NCBI GenBank assembly: GCA_012295275.1
Contig: CM022671.1
Span: forward strand, 2,108,001 to 2,172,000
DNA length: 64,000 nt
Origin: Chrysomallon squamiferum
Taxonomy: Eukaryota; Animalia; Mollusca
Reading direction: 5' to 3'
The notes below the pieces were generated by a model. That model was not told the origin of the DNA, did not search any database, and was given only the letters and a program-made list of their open reading frames with translations. This document shows positions 12,701 to 26,647 of this stretch, one piece after another (the first letter of the stretch is position 1; every line of letters begins with the position of its first letter). Made by a program: the position numbers and the translations under genes.

Positions 12701-13131
12701 GCTGCTAATAAAACATTTAAAATTTAAAAGTGCGTCTTTCTTCTGCCATCCTTAATTTCTTTTAAAGGGAGATAAGTGCGGTGCTACATTTAAAATTACC
12801 GTATACTTACATGTTTGACACGCATCCTCAGTGAACTCTTTCAATATTTTATGTATTAAAAATAACACTTTTACATATCACTTCTGCTAGCTTGATTTTA
12901 CGAACATGTAGTTTATTACATTGTTGTTTCATTTCAAATGAAAATGCTGGCTACTTCATTTTGTGTAAAATATATTAAAACTATATAATAAAAAAAACAA
13001 AAAAAAAAACAACAACAACAATATAACAGTCATATATATTATGTATTACACTGGTTGTTCGTCATTTTAAGGTATGAAAAACACCTATATAAATAAGCAG
13101 ATAAAAGAAACAAACAGTTTTCAGAGAAATA

Positions 13132-13133
<2 letters not shown>

Positions 13134-13224
<91 letters not shown>
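13134..13224. repeat. Compound (TAT)n(TAC)n microsatellite, representative of many (AAT)n, (TG)n, (TA)n and (ATCC)n tracts
   Basis: Direct reading. Other tracts at about 3025-3074, 18344-18480, 20563-20620, 24500-24880, 26580-26646, 28920-28976, 31690-31763, 49060-49116, 54773-54835, 57100-57168 and 59709-59771. Confidence 0.95.
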
Positions 13225-13225
<1 letters not shown>

Positions 13226-13994
13226 GAGGCCAGAAGACTATAACATTATATATTGAGAAAAAAATAAACAAAATTAATTAAAACACATAGTATCAAAATT
13301 GTCCATGACTAAACTTTGAAAGGTGATTAAAAAAGGTACTGTGAAAAAAAGACAAAGTGTTCTATAATGTAATATGCTTTGTTTATAACTGTTTGTATGT
13401 GAGTGTATTTGAAGATAAACTGTGATATCAATACAAAACAAGATATCTTCCTTTTTTCTGTTTATCTTGGGTTTTCTATCCTTACTTCCATTCTTCTCCT
13501 CCTTTCTTTCTGTATTTCGTCTTCTCTTTTTTTTCGTTTGTAGTTTTTGACATTTTGAGATAAAAACATAACTGAAACATAGAAGTACAGACAGACAACG
13601 TTTTCCTTCATCATTCATCTTTCTTTCTTTTCCTTTCCCTTTTTTCTTCTTTATTCCTTACCTTTTCCAATTTTCTTTTCTTTTATTCATTCGTCTGTAT
13701 TAATTTATTTCTATATTTCCCTCTGTCTTTCTTTCCTTTTTCTTTTTTATACCTTCATTTAAAAGTTTTCTTTTTTATTAATTTATTTTATTTATTTATT
13801 TATTTAATCATTAATTATTTTAATGCGTTCTCCAAATATATAATTGAAAGTTTAACATTTTTAATTAACATATACAATTTTTCTTGCATATAATTTATCG
13901 CACTTTGTTAAATAATGTTAACATACATATATACATACATATATACATATACTGTTTTCCAGCGTCTTTGTTTTTAGCTTTTATATCTGTTAAT

Positions 13995-14194
13995 NNNNNN
14001 NNNNNNNNNNNNNNNNNNNNNNNNNNNNNNNNNNNNNNNNNNNNNNNNNNNNNNNNNNNNNNNNNNNNNNNNNNNNNNNNNNNNNNNNNNNNNNNNNNNN
14101 NNNNNNNNNNNNNNNNNNNNNNNNNNNNNNNNNNNNNNNNNNNNNNNNNNNNNNNNNNNNNNNNNNNNNNNNNNNNNNNNNNNNNNNNNNNNNN
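13995..14194. other. Assembly gap (200 N)
   Basis: Run of exactly 200 N, typical of a scaffolding join of unknown true size. Confidence 0.99.
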
Positions 14195-14972
14195 TGTATT
14201 TTTATTACAACAGCAGCAATATTAGTAAAGCTAAACAGTCTTTGTATTGTCCAGAAAAATCTCCTGAAACAGCAAATTATGAAGAAACTTTAAATTATTT
14301 AGTTTTATTCTTTCGTTCGTTCGGTCACTTTTAGTTCCTAATTCCGTAGTTACCTAATTAATTTTCCCAATTTGTTTAACTTTTGCCATTGTCTATAGTG
14401 GCTTGAAACGACATATAGTTAGATTACTTTTCTAAATGTTAAATTATTCCATTCATTTCTTTTTGGTATAATGTTTTCTCGAAATAAAGCATTTTATTAC
14501 ATTTTTTATTATATACTGCGATAGTGTACATTAATAGTATACACTAATCTCGTCCTAAAATAGCCAGTCAGAATTGGTAGAAACAAATTCAGTACTGCGT
14601 ATCTTTCAAACAAAACTAAGTTTCGCCGTTTCTCGAAGTAAACGTTTACGTAGCTTGTTTATCTCTGTGTTAGTGTATGGGGATAAAACAACAGATGTAT
14701 AAATAAAATAACTATGAAGATTTTCTCTAGGTGTTTATTCACTGGAAATATCATGCGCTGTGACCCAAAGGTGTAATTAGTCATCCCTTATGACGTCATT
14801 ATGAGAAATATTTCAGTATTTTAAAGAAAAGGTTTGCTCGTTTAAGTTTCATTGATAGAAAAAAAAAAATTGGATAAAACCATTTAAGTTACTATGGATA
14901 TGTATCAGTACTTTAGTGTCCAGTTATAAGTTATAGCTTTACAAATATTACTTTATTTATATTTACAGGCTT

Positions 14973-15003
<31 letters not shown>

Positions 15004-16096
15004 TATGTATCTATGAATGTATGTATATTAAATAAAGGAACGGACAAAGTAACTGCAAATCAAAAATAAAACATTCAACTTAAGACATATATGATGAAAT
15101 GAATGAAGTTTTTTTTTCTTTTCTTTCGTTTTTTTTCTTATCTCGTTTTTTTCTTTTTCATTTTTTTTTTCTTCTTTTCTTTTAACTTCATTGTTTCTTG
15201 ATTTTTGATTTTTATTTTCTTTCGTTCATTCCTTTTCAATTATCTACATATCTATTTATTTATCTTGTAACCTTTGGTCACCAAAGGAATATGCACATGA
15301 TCTAGGTTCAGTATTTTAAATGCCACGAAGAAGGAAATCTATAGCCATACATTAATGATTAATATAATGCTCTAAGTAGCTTCTTTCTTTCTTATATCTT
15401 TAAAAATATTTTCACAAAAAAATAACAAACAGAATTAATTAATTTAGTACTTCATGCTCATTTTCACTAAACATATTTTGATTTTCTGATTTTTAAATAT
15501 AATGTCTTCATAACAAGATTCATCTTCATGTTTTTAACATTGTTGTATTGCTGCTGCTGTAATAAGAATAGCAAGAGTGCTAGCAGTAATTGTTGTTTAT
15601 ATTTATTTAATTAATCATTTTATTATTTTAGCTGTGTTATGTATATATATATATGTATGTAATTAAACATAGTTAATATTTATATATTACATCAATCTAC
15701 ATAGTCTTAGCGTCTTGTCTGGTTTAGTTTATAAAGATATTAATCCAATAAGAGTAAAATAATCAGTTAAAAATTAGCTGTAATTAGTTGACAGCATTCC
15801 GAGACTAAAAATAAATAGATGAGTGAATGAATGTAATAATTTAACATAAAAGAAAAGTAATCTAATTATATGTCATTTCAAGCCACTATAGACAATGGCA
15901 AAATTTAAACAAATTGGGAAAGTTAATTAGGAAATCATAGAATTAGGAATTAAAGAAATAAATCTAAAATTAACAGTCTTCAGTCGACTGAATTCCGAGA
16001 CTGAAATTGAGTAATTTAACAAATAAAAAGAAAGAAAAAAAACCAATTTAACAGAAAGACATCTTTTATTTCTTGATATTTTCCTGTTTCAGGAGT

Positions 16097-17928
16097 ATGA
16101 AGAAAAGGTGTAAAAATATGGGAGTTCTTCTCCTCTTACTTTTTATTTTCCCATCCGTGTATTCTTTAGTGGAACCTCACTGTAAAGTACCCGGTGAATA
16201 TAAACAGCATTCTTCCACATTCTGTCAAAGTGGATGTGAAGATGGATGGCAAGGAATCCAGTGTAGACGAAGATGTCCTGAGTCCTGTCTCAAATGTGAT
16301 CGCGTGACTGGAAACTGTTCTGGACAGTGCAAAGACAGTTATTTTGGAGTCAGTTGTTCATTTGTGTGTTTGGAATGTTCACAGTGTGACGCAGATGGAA
16401 ATAGTACAACATCAGCAGCATATATCTGTGAGTTACCTTACTGTGTTATTATTTAGTCATAGATTATAATTTTAAATTTGTATTTATTTATTTACTTATT
16501 TATTTATTTGTTTCTTTGTTTGTTTGTTTGTTTGTATTAATTTATTTCTTATTTAATTTGTTAGATACTAAATGATTAGATATTATAATAATGCTATTGA
16601 TTAGATTACACTTTACTTATTCATATGATTAATTATAACAACAATGATAACTACAACTACTTCTATTACTAGCTCTACTAACATTGTTGTTGTTGCCGCT
16701 GTAATACAAATACGGTGCAAGTATGAAGCAGGTCTGCAAGGAATGTTTAAAATAAATGTATCAGGATGAACAAAATAAAAGTAAAGTTAGGGTTAAAATA
16801 GGTGTAAAATGAGAGCGTAAAATAAATGAATAGTGAAAGAATAAAATAAGTTTAAAGTGATGTCAAAAAATGGGTGTAGTGAATAATATATATGTAATAA
16901 GTGTATGGTGATGTATAGAAATGAACAGTGGGCGTATACAAATTAATATGTGTATAGTGAGTGTATAAAAAGTACTGTGTGTATAGTGACGGTATAAAAA
17001 TTAATACTTGTGCAATGAACGTATACAAAATAAAACTAGTTCTGTGAGAGTACAAAGTAAGTGTTCACAGAAGATAGAGTCAACCATGTTCATTGAATAA
17101 ATAATAAGAAAAATCTATATTTAAATAAATACCATACACAGACAAACTCTAAACTTTAGTCTGCCTTTCTCGTATTTGCAGATGCTGCTGGTTCGATAAA
17201 ATTATCTTCCGATTTCGGCAAAGGAGTTGGATTTGGTATCGGCATCAGTATCATCATCGGCATGTTCGTTATTTCTTTATATAGTTGTTATAGGTATGAA
17301 TTTTTCTATGTTATTTTCCAAGAAATTAATAATTTTGAAAAATATATACTTTTTTAACGTTACGGCCATTTTCCATTCCAGTGAATACTCTACGAATAGT
17401 TCATTAAGAAGACTTAGATGTGATATATATTGTCTATGGGACTGCATACAAAATAATCCTTAATTTTAATATAAGAAGAGTAGTGCATCAACATGTAGTT
17501 CGGGTTTCCTCTTTTATTATCTGCACGGTTCTTAACAACATAAGTGATGCTATTAAAGTGCAGGTTACAAATATGTTTATTTTATCATTACATAAACCAA
17601 CTGTACAGCCACTTCTGGAATCGAAAAAGAAATGCATATCTATAATCAATCTGTCCCTCTGAATATATGTATCAACCTGCGCCTCTCTCTCTACCATCTG
17701 CCTGTCTGTCTGTCTGTCTGTATATCTATCTATCTATCTATCTGTTTATCTGTGTGTCTATTAAACGTCAATCTACCTCTCTCTGTCGCACTACTTCGAT
17801 CATTCTATCTCTTTATCTCTATCACTAATTTACTCTTTTTTAAATGTTTTTTTAATTCTAATTCCAGGAACAGGAGTAACAATTCTTCTTCCACATTCTC
17901 GATCGTCTCTCTCAAGATTAAAGTTGAG

Positions 17929-17961
<33 letters not shown>

Positions 17962-17967
17962 AAATAA
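16097..17967 (+). CDS. Small single-pass EGF-repeat receptor, unit A (signal peptide + EGF-like repeats + TM + short tail); 3' end probably truncated
   Basis: Exon 16097-16427 (MGVLLLLLFIFPSVYS signal; GCEDGWQGIQC, QCKDSYFGVSC) ends phase 1 at GTGAGT. Exon 17182-17293 (GVGFGIGISIIIGMFVISLY) ends phase 2. The exon from 17868 (NRSNNSSSTFSIVSLK) loses similarity to its paralog at 52879 and runs into poly-A. Confidence 0.65.
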
Positions 17968-18034
17968 ATTGATATTTTATATTTATTATAATTGCAGTTA
18001 AAAAAAGAAAATATATAGCTAATTTAGTTTTTCA

Positions 18035-18342
18035 TCAAAGTATGGTTATGTTTTCTCCAGTTCTGATTTTCAACTTCATGGCGCCTTCACACACTGATCC
18101 TAGTTCGTCTGTGCATAGGTTTCTGTTGCGAGCCGAGGACATAAAACAAATACATAAATAAAAAGGAATGAACGAAAGGAAACTGAAAAAATTAAGAAAT
18201 GAAAAACAAATAGAAAAAGAAAAAGAAAGACGGACGAAGAAGAAAAAAGTAATGTGTCTGTATTTGTAGGTTTTAATTATATTTTAAATCTCTAAATGTC
18301 GAAACAAAGAAAGACAGGAAAGAAAAGAAAAAGAGAAAAACC

Positions 18343-18398
<56 letters not shown>

Positions 18399-18867
18399 TA
18401 ATAATAATAATAATAACAATAATAATAATAATAACAGCAATAATAATAATAATAATAACCATAATAATAATGATGATGATGATAACTGTAATAAATACTA
18501 GAATTACTATGAATAATTTTGAAATTTGTTCTAAAGTAGATTGCTTTAGCATTAGTAAATTGCTGTTATTTAAAGTAAATAGAAAATCACTAGTAATACC
18601 TATTAACATCTACGTAACACTCTGTGTACTGTGTGGTTATCTAAATATGTTCACTCAAGTGTGAAATGTGAGTCATTTTATACAAATTATATATTACCTT
18701 GAAAGGTACATGTAAAGTATTATTTGTTGACTACCCATAACAGACTTGTATAACCCTCGCGTGACAGCTCAGATTGACAGATAAAAGGTCTTTTCTGAGG
18801 ACTCCTTGAATGTTTATCAACAAAAGGCGATATTTCTATTTGCTGATCAATGATCTTGTTATTTATT
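18035..18867 (-). pseudogene. Orphan putative cytoplasmic-tail exons (18867-18720 and 18122-18035)
   Basis: Both follow CAG acceptors and read open in phase 2 (INNKIIDQQ..EGYTSLLWVVNK*; NLCTDELGSVCEGAMKLKIRTGENITIL*). Degraded copies lie at about 30590-30760 and 42420-42510, the latter downstream of the minus-strand EGF exon. Confidence 0.3.
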
Positions 18868-20559
18868 CTGTAACTGAGCTGGGTAACCATGGAACTAAAA
18901 AACATGCTTCTTCTTTTTATACTACTATTCTACTTCTTGATAGAAGGCAATAATAATAATTAAAATAATAATAATAATAAAGATAAAAGAAACAACAAAA
19001 TTAGGCACTTATGTAGCATAAAAAAGTAAAAACACTGATTTATACAGTTTGTCTCATTATTGTTCCATACTTAAACCTGATACTATATACATTTTTTTAA
19101 TTAATAAAGAGAAATATTTCATATACACTAACAGACACACGAATATAGTTTTCTTCCGTTACAACAACATATATGGTATTATAATACTGTTTGTTTCTGT
19201 ATCACAGTTCTTTTTTGTTTTCATCATTTTTATATACTTTCCTTTTCAGTTTTCTACTTTCCCGTGTTTATTCTTTCTTCTTATAATGTGAGATAAAAAA
19301 GATTGTTTTTTGGCCTCTGTTACAAAAAGTCATAATAATAATAATAATAATAATTCATTTCTTTCTTTCGTTCTTTATATACGTTAATATGACAAACAAT
19401 CAGTGTAATACATAATATGAATGGAAGTTATGTATTTAGAAGTCTTGTAAATTAATTAAAATTATTTGTTCATCTTTAATCTTTCTTTCTTTACTCCTTT
19501 GTGCTTCTCTTTTTTCTTTTTATTCTTTCGGATTTTTTTTTACCCCTTATTTTATTATTTCTTCTATCTTTCTCGTAGTATCTTTTAAATTTATTCATCA
19601 TATTTCGTAACATAGTCTATAACATTGTAACTATTTTTTATTCATGATATTTACACAAGTAAATGTGTTGTTATTTTTTTGGTTATTTCTTCTCGTTCCT
19701 TCCTTTCTCTTTACTTTTTTATTATCTTGAAAATAAATAAATTGTCAACTGAACATTTTTACTAATGTAATTTGTATTTCATTCTTGTATTTATTTATTT
19801 ACTGATATATTTAAAAACAACAACTACAACAACAAAAAACGTTCGTTACAAGACATACTGTTTCTAACACGTAAAATTTTTATATTTGTTATAATATTAA
19901 GTTAAAAAAACCCACCAAAACACTGTCATCTGTAGACGTTATAACATACGTATGTCGTAAAGCTAACCAGTAATACACAAATGACTTACACACGGATTAT
20001 ATGTGCATATATACACCTAGAAAAATGTCAGCTCTGTCGTCTTAACTACAGAAACACATTAACGTGTTTATCAGAGGAAGCCGTTGTGAAGCAAGCCTTT
20101 CGTAGTCATTTTCTCTTAAAAGACGGGGTGTGCGTGTCTTTGTTACCAATCTTTTTCATACCAGTGATATAAAAATACAGATCTCCGTCTACGTAACGAA
20201 ATAGACACCGTTAGGTCTTTCTTGTGTCAAGTGTCACTGCTATTGCTCGTTACTAAGCTCACTGTGACATGCGCTGAATAGTTGTTTTATTCTGTTTCGC
20301 AGAAAGATTAAATGATTACACTGATATCAGGATCTGAGTGGAAAACAGTAAAAAACACAACGACGTTAGCTGGTTAGTTCGTCAGAGGGATACACCTGTT
20401 TGGATTAATATATATATACGGAGGTAAAACATTTAGATTAACTTTACTATTCTACTTAAAAACTTAACTGTTATATCATATATTTCAGCTTCTTTGAACT
20501 TAATGCACTTAATATCATCGTATATAAAGCAATTTATTTCTGTTTTTGCATTATATAAG

Positions 20560-20614
<55 letters not shown>

Positions 20615-22210
20615 GTTATTATTAATTGTATTGACTACAGCAGAATTTTTATATTAAAACTAAATTAAAAATGTCTTATACATTAAGGTTTACAGATTTG
20701 ATGATAAAATAAATACGTGTTATGTCTGTGTGTGTCTGTACAACTAGTATGTAAATATAATTATACTGTCGTCTGTTTTCTTTTAAACTATTATTTTGTA
20801 TATGTTCTCAGTCGCTTTATTTAATAAGGACACATTCATACATAGATACACATACATATGCCTGTACATATATATAAAGTCAAATTTGTGAAGCTAGGAT
20901 TAAAACTTTACACAAGAGTACTGATTCATACATATAGTCACGTAGATGATATTACATAATTATTTGTTTCTTTCTTTGCTGTGTCTGATATTAAAGATTC
21001 AACAAGGAAACCTTTTATTTTAAATACGAAAGTATTTCTCAGAATGATGTTATAAGGACTGATTTGTCAAATTAATTATACCTTTGGGTCACTGTTTACA
21101 GAGAGCATGACACACATCAGTGAATAAATTCCTAGAGGAACTATTCATACTTATATATGTTCATAGTAATTTAGACCCTATATATTGAGAGAGATAAACA
21201 AGCTACATAAACAAAAAATTCGTCTTAGTTTTGTTTGAAATATATAAAAGTACTGAATTTATTCCCAACAGTTCTGACTGATTATTTTTTGACAAGATTA
21301 GTGTAAACTATTAAAGTGATTCAAACACAATGACAGTATCTAATAAAGAATGTAATAAAATGGTTTGTTTCGAGAAAACATGCTGGCAAAATAACAAAAA
21401 CAAGACAATGTAAGTAGATACCACAGAAAACATATACTGAGAACGGGTTTTAAAAATCGGGATTAATTTGAAGGACATTTTAAATAGAAACGATGAAAAA
21501 GATTGATTTAATATTTTAGAGAAATCAGTTAGATGATAATAAATTAAGATTTTGTTAATATATATAAAAAAAATGTATATCCTTAATTATATAGTCAAAT
21601 AGTTATTCCTAAAGTTTTATCGGTGTTTAGAGCTGGTAACCTCCCTTCAATAAAATTATTTTAAAACAGGAAGATGAAATAGGCCTCCTACTGACAGAAT
21701 ATTTCTTTAATTTTTCTAAGTGTTAATGATTATAAACTCCATTCTTCCTATATTGCTCTATGTACGATAATCTTTTGAAAGGTGCAAGGGGCTCCTTATC
21801 TAATATTAAGTTGTAGTTTTAATTACCTATTTATTTGTTTATTTTTACACTTGGTATTATTCTTCTCAATGGCTACCTTCTTTTTATAAAATTATTTACT
21901 GTAAAAAAATATTATGAACTGTTTTACTGTCCTTTGGCACTTTAATAAACAATATAATTTAATTATTAGAAGACTAATTAAAATTACAAGTCATTTCATG
22001 AGATTATAGACACCAACAACATTTTTACAAACTGGAATCAAATAAAAGATTAGCGAATTTGAAACTAAGGAAATAAAGTTTAAAATTAAATGTAACTAGC
22101 CGATACAATTCCGAGACTAAAAATGAACGAAAGAATAGAAAATAAATAAATAAAATTTAACAGACGTATTTCATTTATTGATATTTTGTTGTTCCAGGAA
22201 TTTGAAGAAA

Positions 22211-24001
22211 ATGTGTAAAACCATGGGAGGTCTTATCTTCTTACTCTTTATTCTACCATCCGTGAATTCTTCAATACAACCTCACTGTAAAGTACCCAGC
22301 GAATATAAACAACGTATACATTCTTCCACACTCTGTCAAAGTGGATGTGAAGATGGATGGTACGGTGACCATTGTAGACAAACGTGTCATAAGTTCTGTG
22401 TGAAGTGTGATCGCCTGACTGGAAATTGTTCTGGACAGTGCAAAGACGGTTATTTTGGAGATCACTGTTTCATTCCCTGTCTCCACTGTAGCGCTGGATG
22501 TGACACTAAAGGCGAATGTATTAATTCTACAACCACAACACCATCAACTTACACCCGTAAGTTACTTTATATAATTATTATTCAGTTATAGTTTATCATT
22601 TACATATACTGGTGACTTTCAGTTTTTCGGACTAATGGAATGCAACACAATCCCTGAAAATTCAAATGTCTGGAAAGCAACCTAAAATTTACCGAAACAT
22701 TAAATTTTAGTACAGTTGTATAATATATTTATGTAATATTGTAAGAACAGTATAGAGAGACGCCTTATTCAAGAAGTTCTATCATTCCTGACTGACACTC
22801 AGATGCACGTTTTATTTTTTTCTCTCACTTGTTCCCCTTGCAGCCATACAAGCTATTGCTGATCCCAAAAAACTATTTTAGTAGGTGTAATAATGAAACA
22901 GTGGCGCTGATTTGGAGAAAACACTGTTCTGTTATTTCGCTCACAACGCGTCACCTGCCATCTACCGGACACTGCACGAGTTGTCGGTTCGTGTCTGGGA
23001 ACTGGCACTAAGTCTAAATATTCAGACTTTAACGGATATGGTCCAAGAAATCAAGTCAGTAGTATACACACACACATATATATATACGATATATTTAATA
23101 TTATGTTATAGTTTTAATTATCTCGTATTATTCTTTTCAATGACTACCTTCTTTTTATAATATCAGTTTAGGTAAATAAAGTATTTCATGTTTTATCGAC
23201 ATGTGACACATAGGATTATTATTGTTGTTGTTGTTGTTGTTGATGATGATGATGATAAAGCCTCAACACATTTTTATTTTTTAATAAATTAGAGGAGCAC
23301 CCAGACATTAGCCTATTTAGCTTCATGAATAAAACGGCCGTGACAGTAGCTGCTTAAATAAATGTACTGATACTATAATTATATAGAAATGAACAGTGGG
23401 GTGCAAAATAATGATAATGTAAAATGGGTTTACAGTAAGAGCATAAAATAATTTTAGAGTGATATATAGTGACAGTATATAAAAATATAAAGTTAAAGTA
23501 CAACTAGTATGTATAGAAGTATATAATAAGTAAGCAATGAGGTATTTAATAATTATGTCTACAGAAAGGTATATAACAAATATACAGAGAGTGTAACAAG
23601 AGTAGAGTGAGAGTATAATAAATACTCAGTGAGAATAAGTATACAGTGAGAATATATAATAAGTATACAATGAGGTTACATATAATAAGTATAGACTGAG
23701 GTTTATAATAAGTATGGAATGAGGTATATAATAAATATATGGTATCAGTTATAAGTACACAGAAAGTATTTTATAAGTACACAATGAGTGTATTTTTATG
23801 TATACAATGAGTGTATATTATAAGTGTACAATGAGGTAAGCAATAAGTATACTGTGGGTAGATAAATGTATAGTGAGGTATGTAATAATTATACAGTGAA
23901 ATATATAATAAATATACAGTGCAGTATAAAATATGTGTGAAGTGAAAAAACACTAAATAAACAGAGTTCTAAATATATATATATGTGTATGTACATGTTT
24001 G

Positions 24002-24045
<44 letters not shown>

Positions 24046-24627
24046 TTGTGTGTGACATATAAATTATTTCCATTATATCACTTTTCATTGACTTTAGTAA
24101 AATTTACAAAATAAGATTAAACGATGAACGAACCTAAAGGATTTTCAAATTGATTTGCTACCAATTATACATCATTAGACACATACGCATGTACAAGTAA
24201 ACAGATGTACATACGTATAGAGATATATATTTTTAATTTTATGCCATTTTTCAAAATTGCTTCCAGATGGTAATTTGACAATTGAGAACATCCCCATCGC
24301 TATAGCCATAGTCATCGGAATCTTCACCGTAATCTGCTTCGTTATCCGGATGGACTCGATCATCGACCCTGGCACTGTTACAAAGTTTATTATTCCGTAT
24401 TCCCTCATCATGTTCATCAAAAGTTCTTGGTTTGTGATCTGTACTACAAGAAAGTCTATATTAAAATGTCTTCTAGTTAATCAGCAAAGAGTACGCCAAT
24501 CCATCCATCCATCCATCCATCCATCCATCCATCCATCCATCCATCCATCCATCTATCTATCTATCTATCTATCTATCTGTCTATACGTCTATCTATGTAT
24601 GTATGTGTGTATATATGTATGTTTGTA

Positions 24628-24660
<33 letters not shown>

Positions 24661-24714
24661 CCATCCATCCATCCATCCATCCATCCATCCATCCATCCAT
24701 CCATCCATCCATCC

Positions 24715-24750
<36 letters not shown>

Positions 24751-24801
24751 GTCTATACGTCTATCTATGTATGTATGTGTGTATATATGTATGTTTGTAT
24801 G

Positions 24802-24835
<34 letters not shown>

Positions 24836-25784
24836 TGTATGTATGTATGTATGTATCTATCTATCTATCTCTATATATAACCATCTGTTTGTCTGTCTGT
24901 GTCTCCTTGTCTATCCGGCTCTCTCTGTACGTATGTTTCGTTGTATGTTTTTTTATATGCATGAATGTGTATATATGTATATGTATATATGTACGTACGT
25001 AGGTATGTATGTACATGTGTGTGTCCGTTGGTATGTATGTACGCTTGATGTATGTGTGTTAGAATGCATTTTTTTATCTGTTTTTCACACTCTATCTATT
25101 TATGTGTACCCACTTCTCTGTCTATCTATCTGTCTATCAGTCGCGATGCGTGCATATCTATTTCTCTATTTCTATTTCTTTCTTTCAGTGCATATACACA
25201 TGTACCTGTCTGTTCGCTTGTCTGTCCATCTATCTACCTATATTTCTGACTGTGTGTCTGTTTGTCTGTGTGCCTGTCTGTCTCTGTAATCTATATATAT
25301 GTGTGTATGTGTCTGTATATATGTATGTATATACATATATTTATGTATATATATTTCTTTGTATGTTTTTATGTATGCGTGCATATATGCATGCATGTAT
25401 GTATGTATGTACGTACGTACGTATGTAGGTACGCATATATGTCCGTTCGTATTTATGTTTGCATGATATATGTGTGCTAGAATGCATGTTTTTAACTCTA
25501 TATCTGTCTATCTATATCAGACGTTTTAATTAATATTTGTTCATTCTCCCTAATTAGGGGGAATTCAGCTTAGAATGAGTATGAAAATGCATCTGTTTTT
25601 CATACTCTATTTCTATGTACCTACTTCAATGTATATCTATCTCTTATTCTTTTTCTGTCTGTATCTAGCTATCTGTCTATCTGTCTATCTGTGTATATGT
25701 CTCCTGCCTATGTATTCTAGGCCTTTGCTTGAAGAAGGAAAGCGACAGAGGATAACTGACTTGCAGAAGAAAACGGAAGAATAA
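22211..25784 (+). CDS. Small single-pass EGF-repeat receptor, unit B
   Basis: Exon 22211-22556 ([16 protein letters not shown] signal; [22 protein letters not shown]; Thr-rich stalk), phase 1. TM exon 24267-24384 ([19 protein letters not shown]), phase 2. Candidate terminal exon 25721-25784 ([10 protein letters not shown]..). The 21-nt micro-exon homolog at 25558-25578 contains an in-frame TAG. Confidence 0.6.
23385..23945. repeat. Degenerate ~22-24 bp tandem minisatellite (AAGTATACAGTGAGGTATATAAT-like) in receptor introns
   Basis: Repeated ACAGTGAG..TATAATAA units. Related arrays at about 16740-17060, 51830-52120 and 57240-57800, each upstream of a TM exon. Confidence 0.75.
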
Positions 25785-25949
25785 AGAATAAGACTGAAAA
25801 AAAGGTGAAATCTTTTGGTGTTTGTTTTGTTTTACTGATGTTAATAGTGGAATTAATTTGAGGTACTGACTGATACAGTTTCTGATAATACACTCAGACA
25901 TGTATATTATGAGTAATCCGTTTTCATAACATTACAAAAGGTTTATTCT

Positions 25950-26577
25950 AAATTTGAATTTTAAGATTCATTATTTATGTAAAAATAAATGATAATTAAA
26001 ATTGTATACAATTGGTCAGTCGTATTTTTCTATTTATTGTTATTCATCTCATCATTGCTTTATGTAATTATAGAGGTTATTGTTTAAATTTCTATTTAAT
26101 GCATCGTGATCAATGGCTTTTTCAGTAAAACATCACAATAAGATAGTACAGCACCTACTGTTACTACTACTAAATAAATAAATAAAATTGAATAATATAA
26201 ACAAAAATATTTTGTTTCCTTTAATAATGATCATTATAGTGGATTTGAATTTTAAAAAAATAAAAATATGTTAACGACAGTTTTAACACGACTAAGGGAA
26301 TCAGTTTAATAATCTTGTTTGAATTCGTAAAACACGAAATACTTCCTTTTTCAGTTGTTTAATTAGTCGTGAAAACTCACGTGATCTGACAGTTATTACG
26401 TCAGCTATCAAATTACCTTACACGATCACGTTCGCATTCTCCAGAAATGTTTTATCTCTATTCAGTAAATAAAGAAAGGCATATTTTTTTCCCTAAAAAT
26501 CTTTCTTCTTGGGGAATTACGACCACTGCAATGTACACAAATGACTTTTATTGAGACGACGAATAGATTATTTTCTT

Positions 26578-26647
<70 letters not shown>

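Larger units (their letters stand above)
19740..25900 (+). repeat. Direct segmental duplication (paralog about 54150-60770) carrying receptor units B and D
   Basis: Colinear similarity of upstream region, intron 1, EGF exon, satellite intron, TM exon and tail region. Confidence 0.85.

Noticed and set aside
12600-12960. Possible convergent exons downstream of GTF2H3 (VCSPHF, THAP-like; copy at about 31920-32290)
   Set aside because: The motif is too short, frames differ between the copies, and no coherent ORF can be built.
13074-13256. Poly-Leu/Ile/Tyr/Asn ORFs (also 18292-18664, 26462, 28865, 30743, 31499, 48885-49280, 56897, 62681)
   Set aside because: They are translations of (AAT)n/(TAC)n microsatellites, with no coding signal.
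22271-22486. Antisense and alternate-frame ORFs over EGF exons (also 43419, 43437, 45186, 45965, 56076, 63351-63710)
   Set aside because: They are shadow frames of the Cys-rich coding strand.
24500-25480. Long ORFs of [12 protein letters not shown] repeats (also 58783-60646)
   Set aside because: These are tetranucleotide microsatellite introns. Only the TM exon and micro-exons within them are supported.
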